Below are positions 7,946-16,300 of a stretch of 32,000 nucleotides of DNA, piece after piece (positions within the stretch are counted from its first letter, which is position 1; each line of letters opens with the position of its first letter). Where the stretch lies: the NCBI GenBank assembly GCA_943789275.1, contig CALSTM010000001.1, forward strand, positions 540,001 through 572,000, given 5' to 3'. Both the position numbers and the translations under genes were made by a program. The notes below the pieces were generated by a model that did not search any database, had not been told where the DNA came from, and worked only from the letters and a program-made list of their open reading frames with translations. Source of the DNA: Candidatus Poseidoniaceae archaeon (GTDB lineage: Archaea > Thermoplasmatota > Poseidoniia > Poseidoniales > Poseidoniaceae).

Positions 7946-8614
7946 CTACCTCACTGGATTGAACGAATCACCTGCGTCCGACAAATCAAGAATACGAGAA
8001 AGATGCGAAGCGACGCCTACGTCATCCGGGACTTGGAAAAGGCGAAGACCACAAGCCCAACCGGCACCCATGTCGCTGTTCCGGTCACCAACCATGCAGT
8101 CAACTGGATTGTTTGGCAACGGTTTTTCACCCCACCAATCGACCACGCCATCACCTTGTTCAAGCGTTCCTTCCGATTCACCGAGTGGATAATCGGTTGT
8201 TTGCCGTAGCAATCGGTCGCCAAATCTCAACATTCCTGGCATTGGTTTCCGACATTTACAGCGGTCTCGATGGCGGTGTGGGCAGGCTAAAACTGCGTCA
8301 AAATGTGCATCTTCATCGATGGCCAGAAACTCATCGCGCATGTGGTTATGAATGCCATGAAGACGGTGACTGTCCCACAAACCCCGTAAAATAGCAGATT
8401 GGTTGGTGACAACGCAGACTCGAAATCCAGCCCTTCGTAATTCACCGACGGATGTTGCCGCCTTTCGTAACGCAACAAACTCACTGGGCGTATTGATGTA
8501 ATTCGGACTTCCAATGTTCAGTACGCCGTCCCGATCAAGAAAAGCAATCCCTCCATGCGATGGGGCATTTACCGGTAATGCGGCTGGTGTGTATTGAACA
8601 ACAAACCCTCGCAT
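7946..8614 (-). CDS. HAD-IIIA phosphatase of the GmhB / HisB-N type (D,D-heptose-1,7-bisphosphate phosphatase-like)
   Basis: HAD motif I FLDRDGVLN is present, then VVTNQS, then the Zn-binding loop typical of GmhB/HisB-N (CPHRHRDRCKCRKPMPGML), then motif IV VGDRNSDMGAG. An extra segment of about 30 aa (RQTTDYPLGESEGTLEQGDGVVDWWGEKPLPNNPVD) sits between RKPxPGM and the GDxxxD motif. The stop is 4 nt upstream of the tiaS start. Confidence 0.78.
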   Translation of the reverse strand: MRGFVVQYTPAALPVNAPSHGGIAFLDRDGVLNIGSPNYINTPSEFVALRKAATSVGELRRAGFRVCVVTNQSAILRGLWDSHRLHGIHNHMRDEFLAIDEDAHFDAVLACPHRHRDRCKCRKPMPGMLRFGDRLLRQTTDYPLGESEGTLEQGDGVVDWWGEKPLPNNPVDCMVGDRNSDMGAGWACGLRLFQVPDDVGVASHLSRILDLSDAGDSFNPVR

Positions 8615-8697
8615 GGTACGCCCAAACGGTCGAAGGTGAAGTGATTTTGCATCGAAGCATAACAGTGTTGAAATGGAATCATCTGTTGGAAGACACC

Positions 8698-9621
8698 ATG
8701 CTGTTCAGTCCTGAGGTAGGTTCTCTGATTGGCGCAGTGGGTATGGTTTCGCTTGCCGTTTCGTGGCATAGGAGGAAAAGCGATGGTATACGTTTAGCTC
8801 AATTTGGCTGGATTATGGTTGGATTAACCTTCTTTAACGACGCATCGAAATACCTCGCTCATGATGATGCAGTCCTGACCGTATTCTGCACCGCTGCACT
8901 ACCGATGGGAATCGGTATGGCGATGTGGGAAGGACGAGTTGATGATTCTCCAACAAAGAATTCTCTTCTTTGGGCGAGAGGGGCTGTTGCCTATGCCGGT
9001 GGCCCTTACTTGCTGGTTGCTCATGTGCCTTGGCTCAACGTACTGGCGATTTGGTTCGTAGCAAGTCAAGCAGCCATGTTCCTACGGTTCTCTGGTTCTG
9101 GCGATGTGGTGCTCGGCGAAACAACGGTGAACACGGTGAATGGAGAAGTTGCGTGGAGTGCGTGGGATGGAAACCGCTGGTTTATGGGTGAATTTGTTGG
9201 AGAGTATCCTTTTCAAACCGAATTACTTTTGAGCGATGGAACTGCAATTGGAATCAACTTCGTATTAGCATGCACGGCGCTGCAATCCATGGTGATCTTC
9301 ATCGGAGCAATTGCTGTTCTGGATATCGATTGGAAACGTCGTTGTCGAGCTCTCATCCTTACCGTTCCCGTCATCCACATTCTCAATCTGTTCAGGAATG
9401 CTGGACTGATTTGGATGCACATGACCTACACCGAATGGTCGTACCTTGGAATGTCTGTATTCGAATTCGGACATGCGTATGCTGCACGGGTCGTTTCACT
9501 GGGAGCAATGTTCCTTATGGCGCTCATCATGTTTGATATTCTACCGGAATTGCACAAGCACATTGTGCGTCTGTTACGCCCATTCGGTTTACTTCAGCCT
9601 AAAAAGAAGGCGAGAAACTGA
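8698..9621 (+). CDS. Archaeosortase/exosortase-family integral membrane protein (ArtA-like)
   Basis: Polytopic membrane protein with the family's ordered Cys/Arg/His positions. These are INFVLACTALQSMVIF (Cys codon 9271-9273), VIHILNLFRNAGL (Arg codon 9394-9396) and FEFGHAYAARV (His codon 9472-9474), followed by a C-terminal DILPEL segment. The ORF-track start at 8560 would overlap the divergent phosphatase gene by 55 nt. The ATG at 8698 (MLFSPEVGSLIGAVGMVSLAVSW) opens directly into TM1. Confidence 0.6.
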   Translation: MLFSPEVGSLIGAVGMVSLAVSWHRRKSDGIRLAQFGWIMVGLTFFNDASKYLAHDDAVLTVFCTAALPMGIGMAMWEGRVDDSPTKNSLLWARGAVAYAGGPYLLVAHVPWLNVLAIWFVASQAAMFLRFSGSGDVVLGETTVNTVNGEVAWSAWDGNRWFMGEFVGEYPFQTELLLSDGTAIGINFVLACTALQSMVIFIGAIAVLDIDWKRRCRALILTVPVIHILNLFRNAGLIWMHMTYTEWSYLGMSVFEFGHAYAARVVSLGAMFLMALIMFDILPELHKHIVRLLRPFGLLQPKKKARN

Positions 9622-9623
9622 AC

Positions 9624-12600
9624 TTAATCTTGAGACCAAGGTTGTGTAGCATCGCCCCGGGTCCAATTGACTCCGCTTCCCGAAGGATACTCGATGAACT
9701 CGTTACCATTGGCATCGAACATTCCCATTAATTCAGCAGGCGGTGCCTGCTGGGTGTTGGAGGAGAACAATTCGCTCACCTCACTGAACGCAATCGAAGG
9801 TTCTGTTGAAGCTGGAGAATAGCTTTCGAAAAGATTGGGCTGTTCAGAAACTGGAGCATATGCAGTCTGATCAATTGATGGAAGTGACTTTTCTTCAAGA
9901 CCCATCATGCGTTCATCAAATGCCGGCATCTCTTGCGACGTGTTCCATTCGTTCGATTTTTGAGTTCCATTGTTACTGCGAAGGAAGAAGACAAGAACAC
10001 CAACAAGCATCACGAACAAAACGGCTCCTGATGAGTAAATGACATCATTGGCTACACTTGGAGCGATATCCGCATTATCGCCAACCCCGTCTCCGTCGGT
10101 ATCTACGGATTCATCAGGGTCGTCAGGGAACGCATCATCTTTGTCCGGCACTCCGTCGCCATCGCCATCGAATGCATCGAATGTGGTCGTGCAGAGCAAT
10201 ACGGCGACCTCAAGTTCTTCATAGGTGAGTACATCGTCAGAATTCGTGTCCATTTCGACAAAATTGTAGGTATTCACATAGGCTTGTGAAGTCATTACTT
10301 CAACAGAGATTCGGTCGAAAGTGGCTATTTGCGAGAACACAATCATCAGTTCATTATCGCACGAACAAATTTCTTGGACAACTTCACGGAACTCAAGTTC
10401 ACCGTCGCTGTTGAGGTCAATTTCATCAAACGCAGTAAAGTCTTCATCGAAAACCTCTTGGTATTCTCTGAGCGAAATCACGCCGTCTTTGTCGGCATCA
10501 ATGGATTTCATTTCCTCAGACGCAATTTCTTCACACGATTGAGCTTCAATTGGGTCAACAGGGTCAACTGGATTTGGGTCAACTGGAGGAATATCTGATT
10601 CAAACCAATTCGCAACCAAACCAACATCAGTCACATCTTCAGTCGCAATCAATGTGATGTCAAAACGTCCGTTTGCTGGCATAGAGACAAACATGTACTG
10701 TTCAGTTCCTTCTCCGTAGGATGTTTCAAACACTGGTACGGAAGTGAAGTCCATTGAAGGCATGCCACCTTGACGGCCTCCTGTTTTGCCATCGTTGCCA
10801 TCACCCTTGTCTTCTTCGACCGACCACTCCTCGCCCCAATCGTCATCCCAATTCATGAAGAGTTGGTTGCCTTCTCCTTCAAGGTAAAGTGAACCTTCGC
10901 CACCAAATGTGGTGATTTCGAGATACTCTGCCGGGTTTTCGAGTTCGATGAAGAAGTAAAGTTCCTCACCTGCAGGCGCATCCATTCCGGTAATTTCTTC
11001 TCCATTGAACAACTGAATTGGAGTTCCATCGTAACTCCACACATACCGATCTTCAAACGAAGCAGTAATCATGGTGTTTGCGAATATTTCATCTGTATAC
11101 ACCAAAATGTACCACGTGCCAGGCGTTGGATCGTTAAATCCAATTTTATCTCCGGCACCGGGGCTACCCGACAGATGGTCGTAATTGCCAGCATCAGGGG
11201 CTTCCAGATATTTCATGAACAGCGTTGCTTCGCCGTATCCCTCGGAGAGGTCGACTTCAAGCCGTTCGGTATCCGCAGGTACATCGATGGTGAAGTATTG
11301 ATACAATCCGTCGTATCCACTCAACGGCCCATAGGCAACACCAGGTGTCAGTTCGATGGCGTCTTCAGGCTCGATGTTATCTGGGGCATAGGTAAAACTC
11401 GCCTTAATGGTGAAATCGGAGGCTCGCTGATAGGTGTAGGCTGAGACGTAATACAGACCAGGTTCAATATCGTAGATCGTAGCCATTTCCTCATTGCCCG
11501 GTCCATTGCTCCACGACATTTTTGAGTCCATACTGATGTCCTCTTCAATAAAACCAGGCTCAAAGATGTCAAACCATTGGTCAAAGGGGTCAGGTACGGT
11601 CAACCAAGACAATCCCAAATTGATGTTCCCTTCTCCATCGTAGGTTTCGACGCTCAAACTTGAAAGTGGCTCTGTTACATTGACGTAGTAATACAGTATT
11701 CGATCCTCAAAAGGCGTTTGTCGATTGCTGTCAATGGACTGCCCAGTCACGGGAATCCCGTTGATGAGTTCAGTCATTTCCGAAAGGGCGGGTGGTGGGT
11801 CGGCAACAACCCAGGTGAGAGCGATTGTGACATCCTCAACATCTTCTCGCGGCACGAGTACAAACCACCAGTTCCCTTCTTCTGGCCAACTCCAACTCTC
11901 CCACATGTAACTGAATTCAGCCTCATAATAGGCATCATGGTCCCATGAACTTGGGACACGGTCATGAGCGATATAGACATCAATGGTGATTGGATCTTTA
12001 CCGAAATCACCCCATGAAAACATATTGAAATACATCTCTTTGGTCATGTCATCCACATCGCCGTAAAACAAGAGTTGGTCACCTGCTTGGGCTGATTCAA
12101 TGTAATAGTCTGCATCGTTGTCAAGTTCGATCGCTTGTGCAACAATCGTTCCATCAGGCATGACCCAATCGGCACCGAAAACAGTGCCTTCACGACCTTC
12201 ATGGTCCATGGTGATGGAACCTTCTCCTTCACCAAACGACCAGTTACTAACCCATAATCGTTCAGATGAGTTTTCAAGTGAGGAGCCAATTGATATGTTG
12301 TCAAGCATGCCTTCAAAGTAATTACATTCGCATCCTGCACCCATGCTGCCGATGTAAAGTTCGTCGCAGGCATCGCCGGATGTGAAACAATCGTTGGAGC
12401 CAAAATCACCGAGTGGAAGAAGTGATTCCTCAGCAGAAATCAGACCCGCAGGTTCACCGTTGATTCGGAATTCACCACCTACCGATTCAATAAATTCAAT
12501 TTCAACATGCGACCAAGTGTTGTCATCGACCGTTGAGTTTGATGTCGGATGCTTGGAAAGACTGTATTCGGAAGCGTACCCAAGGTTGCCATTATTGAGA

Positions 12601-13280
12601 TACATACCCCAGCCATAATCACCCTTCATGGCAATGAAATGAATACCATCGGTTGAGTATGGGTAGACCATGGCAGAGAGATACAGACTGTTGGAGATGT
12701 TCAGACTGTCATCGTGTGGGACCTCGACATGGTCGCTTTCTCCATCGAAACGCAGTGAAAAGTCTGCACCCTCACCCACCTCCACGACGCCATAAACTGG
12801 GAAGTATTGTGGGTCGTTTTCCAAATCATTCCACGTAGCAGGCAGAATGTTGCCCATGTTTGTGCTGGCAATGTGAACGTAATCTTCATCGCCACCTTCG
12901 GATGGTTGGCTGTCACCCCAATTGTTGTAATAGAATGGAGAACCGTCGTGCCACCGATATGAACCGTCTTGATTGGCGTCTGAAAGTCCTGTCCACAGAT
13001 GTCGTGATTGGTTGTCAAAAGAAGCAAAGGTCTCGAACAACCACTGATTTTCCTCTGCGTCATCAATGGTGGTTAAAAATCCATCAAGGCCACGGGCTGC
13101 ATCAGCTGCATCTTCCCAAGAACTTGCGCTCAGGAGGTGATATGTGTGGTTGTTGGCAGGATTAACCGCAGTTCCGAGCACTTCCATTTCTGCTGGCCCT
13201 TGCGCACTGCTGGAACCGAGGAATGGCGTCATTAAACTGAACAAAAAAATTGAGAGAACGAGCAATACGCGCATTTTCAT
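9624..13280 (-). CDS. Large secreted type-I membrane surface protein: signal peptide, C-type-lectin-like domain, LamG/ConA-like domain, PPC-like beta-sandwich modules, EF-hand-like and thrombospondin-type-3-like Ca-binding repeats, TM helix, 118-aa cytoplasmic tail
   Basis: The ORF-track start at 13313 is TTG. The ATG at 13280 gives a classic signal peptide (MKMRVLLVLSIFLFSLMTPFLGSSSAQG). CTLD-like region at about 12810-13150: HLLSASSWEDAADAARGLDGFLTTIDDAEENQWL...LWTGLSD...GSYRWHDGSPFYYNNWGDSQPSEGGDEDYVHI...ATWNDLEND. LamG-like region: LRFDGESDHVEVPHDDSLNISNSLYLSAMVY. Three or more PPC-like modules at about 10860-11700, for example YQYFTIDVPADTERLEVDLSEGYGEATLFMKY. EF-hand-like loops: DADKDGVISLREY and DLNSDGELEFREV. 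TSP3-like repeats: DGDGDGVPDKDDAFPDDPDESVDTDGDGVGDNAD (about 10060-10200). The TM helix AVLFVMLVGVLVFFL is at about 9981-10034. Confidence 0.85.
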   Translation of the reverse strand: MKMRVLLVLSIFLFSLMTPFLGSSSAQGPAEMEVLGTAVNPANNHTYHLLSASSWEDAADAARGLDGFLTTIDDAEENQWLFETFASFDNQSRHLWTGLSDANQDGSYRWHDGSPFYYNNWGDSQPSEGGDEDYVHIASTNMGNILPATWNDLENDPQYFPVYGVVEVGEGADFSLRFDGESDHVEVPHDDSLNISNSLYLSAMVYPYSTDGIHFIAMKGDYGWGMYLNNGNLGYASEYSLSKHPTSNSTVDDNTWSHVEIEFIESVGGEFRINGEPAGLISAEESLLPLGDFGSNDCFTSGDACDELYIGSMGAGCECNYFEGMLDNISIGSSLENSSERLWVSNWSFGEGEGSITMDHEGREGTVFGADWVMPDGTIVAQAIELDNDADYYIESAQAGDQLLFYGDVDDMTKEMYFNMFSWGDFGKDPITIDVYIAHDRVPSSWDHDAYYEAEFSYMWESWSWPEEGNWWFVLVPREDVEDVTIALTWVVADPPPALSEMTELINGIPVTGQSIDSNRQTPFEDRILYYYVNVTEPLSSLSVETYDGEGNINLGLSWLTVPDPFDQWFDIFEPGFIEEDISMDSKMSWSNGPGNEEMATIYDIEPGLYYVSAYTYQRASDFTIKASFTYAPDNIEPEDAIELTPGVAYGPLSGYDGLYQYFTIDVPADTERLEVDLSEGYGEATLFMKYLEAPDAGNYDHLSGSPGAGDKIGFNDPTPGTWYILVYTDEIFANTMITASFEDRYVWSYDGTPIQLFNGEEITGMDAPAGEELYFFIELENPAEYLEITTFGGEGSLYLEGEGNQLFMNWDDDWGEEWSVEEDKGDGNDGKTGGRQGGMPSMDFTSVPVFETSYGEGTEQYMFVSMPANGRFDITLIATEDVTDVGLVANWFESDIPPVDPNPVDPVDPIEAQSCEEIASEEMKSIDADKDGVISLREYQEVFDEDFTAFDEIDLNSDGELEFREVVQEICSCDNELMIVFSQIATFDRISVEVMTSQAYVNTYNFVEMDTNSDDVLTYEELEVAVLLCTTTFDAFDGDGDGVPDKDDAFPDDPDESVDTDGDGVGDNADIAPSVANDVIYSSGAVLFVMLVGVLVFFLRSNNGTQKSNEWNTSQEMPAFDERMMGLEEKSLPSIDQTAYAPVSEQPNLFESYSPASTEPSIAFSEVSELFSSNTQQAPPAELMGMFDANGNEFIEYPSGSGVNWTRGDATQPWSQD

Positions 13281-13323
13281 GATTAGAGCATTGGTCGATA
13301 CCTTATCAACCAATTGGTAACAT

Positions 13324-13337
13324 GATTTTACGATAAA
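13324..13337 (-). promoter_or_regulatory. A/T-rich TATA-like box (TTTATCGTAAAATC) directly after the helicase stop and about 45-55 nt upstream of the surface-protein ATG
   Basis: This is the only A/T-rich element in the short spacer between 13338 and 13280. It could be a promoter for the surface-protein gene, a T-rich terminator for the helicase gene, or both. This is sequence inspection only. Confidence 0.25.
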
Positions 13338-16300
13338 TCACTTCAGTCGCTTACCGCCGATTCGCAAATCCGTTTGCAGCGGCATTTGGTGCTCCCAAGC
13401 GAATTCCTTTACAATTCTCCATGCTTTCTCAGAGCCTTCATAATCTTTGATATCAATAATATTGTTCCGAGTATTGGCTTTGAAAGCCGCTATGGGTTCA
13501 GCATTTTTGAACACTAAATATGCAGATCCGAATCCGAAACGCTCTTTCAAAATATCAGCAAAATATGGAGCAATTGGGTCGCTTGGAGGAAGGACAAAGT
13601 CGCGTATCGGAGGAATATCTCTTGCCTCTTCAAGGAGATTTTTGCGCCCCCAGCAGACTTGATCAAGGTCCTCTATGAGGAATCCCTTGACGAGTGTTTC
13701 ATCCTCTTCAAACGAGGTGAGAACAGACTTGATTTCCTCGGGCTTGAATGGAGTTCCGGCCAATCGCAAAAGTTGTTTGAGTGTGATGACTGGATACTCT
13801 TTGACCAAGTTTCGCAGATATTCTCGACGCAGTTCGACCCGGTCTGCCTTCTTATCCACTTTGACCGTTCTAAATCCGCCACGGTAGTCTTGCACAATGT
13901 GACCCGTTCGAATGAGAGGTTGAACCAATTTTCTAAACTCAGATTGAGTAAGAGCATGTCGCTCTTTGAACAAGTTTGGGTCGGAGTTGGTGCTGAAGAA
14001 CTCGACGATATCCCATAATTCTTCTTCGTGCGGCTCCCCACGGATGGCAAGCAAGTTTTGGAAATGTTCGTACGTTGACCATACTTGATGGCCTCGCAGA
14101 TTCACACCTTGGTGCAAGCGATTGGCACTTGCCATACTCTTGAGGTCGACGCGATACAATTCGCAACGGCCACGCAGTGCGAAATCATCACGGATTTCAT
14201 CCACTTTTCGAACAGCAGCACTTTCGTGTTCAAGACGCGTTTTCTGATGCAAATGATGCTGGTAAAACAGAGCACGCTCAGCAATCTCTCGAGGTTGCGG
14301 GTCGACAACTCCACCACGAATCATACGTTCGCCTGCCATTTTGAAGCCAATTGATTCCAAAGCAGTGCGGGTTTTTTCATCTAAATTCGCAACAGGCTCA
14401 CTGTTGAAATTCGACATCACCGCCACGTCGACCAGTTGGTCTGCATGGTTCTCAAGAAGGAGTTCAAAGGCTGAACAGAATTCATCCAAATAGGCGGTTG
14501 GGACGTGTAAATCCTTGATCACCAGGTAATCATTCACCTTGAACATCAAGACTTTGCCAATCGGATCGATGCCTTTGAAGACTGGGAGATACCATCCACG
14601 ATCAAGAACACTGCGAACTTCCCAAATAAATCGTGAAACGTACGGGTCGGACTGGGTGAGGATACGCATTTTCCGGTCTTCTCTACGTGGACGTTGAAGT
14701 AATTCTACTTCATCAGGCATGCAGTAGAACGCTTCAGGGTCAGGAACCAAAGCCATAACCTTGGCAATGCGTCCATCCTTCTCGAGATTCATCAGTGCAA
14801 TCGTGAGATCTTCAAACGAGCGAGATACATAGAAACGAAGCGTACTCCCTTTCACTGGGCCCATTCGCTGAATTAAGTCGACCAGTGAACTTTCGAAATC
14901 CATGGTATCGTAAACACCGTGGACTCGGTGAAAGAGTGAAAGTCGACGCCGGCGACCGGATACATCCTCAAATTGTTTCACGACCAACATCTGTCGCTCG
15001 AGATTCGATAAGGCGTATTTGATGTCACGTTGAAGGGCTCTGTGCTCATCGCCTTTCGGGAAATCCGCCAATATTTCTTGACGGGTTACGTTTTCACCGA
15101 TTGGTATTCTACGCAGGAGTTCTTCTTCCATCGGGCCAATCCAAGGCTCGGGTTTCAGCCCCAGAAGCATTGGAATGGTTTCCTTGGTCGTGTATCCCAT
15201 ACGGTTGTGCAACAAACGACCCATGATGACATCAGAATCGAGTTGCATGTCCTGCCAATCTTTGAAACTGAAATCGTTCACTCGGTAGAGTAGTTCTTGC
15301 TGCTTTTGGAACAATACATGCGAATCAAATGCTGCAAAACCGTCTTCGTATTGCTTGAATGTTTTATCCAATACGAGGTTTTGAACCCAGCGATATTCAA
15401 CAACAGCTTCCGAGCCATCAATGAGACGATGCTCGTCAATTTTCAGAATATATTCTGCATCGTCCGTTTGCTTGTAAAATCCAACGGAAAGAACGTTTCG
15501 GGTTTCAAGTTCCAAAAGGATTCGGTCGACCATGTTGCGAGGGAACGGCAAACGATTACTGAGAAGATCTCCAGTTTGAGGGCCCTCGCTGCCGAGCATT
15601 TCGATAATTTTCACTCGCAATGCTTCGTGAGGGTCGCCAAGCTGCATATCCTTCCATTTGGTCGGTGTACGGCCGTCAAATTCTGTGGCGACCTTGTAGG
15701 AAAGACCGCGAGTGTGCAATTCACGCAAGTCATCGACCTCTTTTCCACCGTTCACTGAGAGGCAGCCGAGCGTTCCGTGAATCTCAGCCATGAAGGAACT
15801 GAACCACTTCCCATCCAATTCGGATGCACCGGTTCCGTCCAGTTTGGTAATTTTCCCAGCCTGACACAATTCTTGGACCCAACCTCGGATTAAATCAAGG
15901 TCGATGTCCTTGAGTTTTTCCTTGTACAGTGGATTTTGGAACGAAGGGTCCAATCCACCACCGTGCGACATGAGGATGAACAGTTGGTCTGCATTTTCAG
16001 GAATAGGTGCCTTATCCAGATAGAACTTGGACAGTTGTTCTTCGCTCAGTTCTGTTGCCAGACTACGGGTCCCAAGTAAGCGCTGAAGTACTGCGGGGTC
16101 GATATCCTTAACCAAGAATGCACGTGTCTTCATTGCCATGAGGTCCTCAAAGGCCGACATGAAGAGAGACATTCCCAAACGAGAGGGGACCGTCACCTTG
16201 TTGTGAACAATTCGGGCATCACCGGTGACACAGAGTTTGAGGAACTGTTGCAAACTCTTCATGTCGATATCCCCGAACATGATTTCGTTTTTGGCCTCCC

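Noticed and set aside
8560-8697. Upstream ATG at 8560 as the archaeosortase start
   Set aside because: It would overlap the divergent HAD phosphatase gene by 55 nt and add a 46-aa non-membrane leader. The ATG at 8698 opens directly into the first TM helix.
9981-10224. PGF-CTERM sorting signal on the surface protein, and the Asp-codon-rich repetitive DNA as a tandem repeat or CRISPR-like array
   Set aside because: The residues before the TM helix read YSSGA, not PGF, and 118 aa follow the helix. The repetitive GAT/GAC-rich DNA is in frame and encodes DxDxDG calcium-binding repeats. There is no repeat-spacer periodicity.
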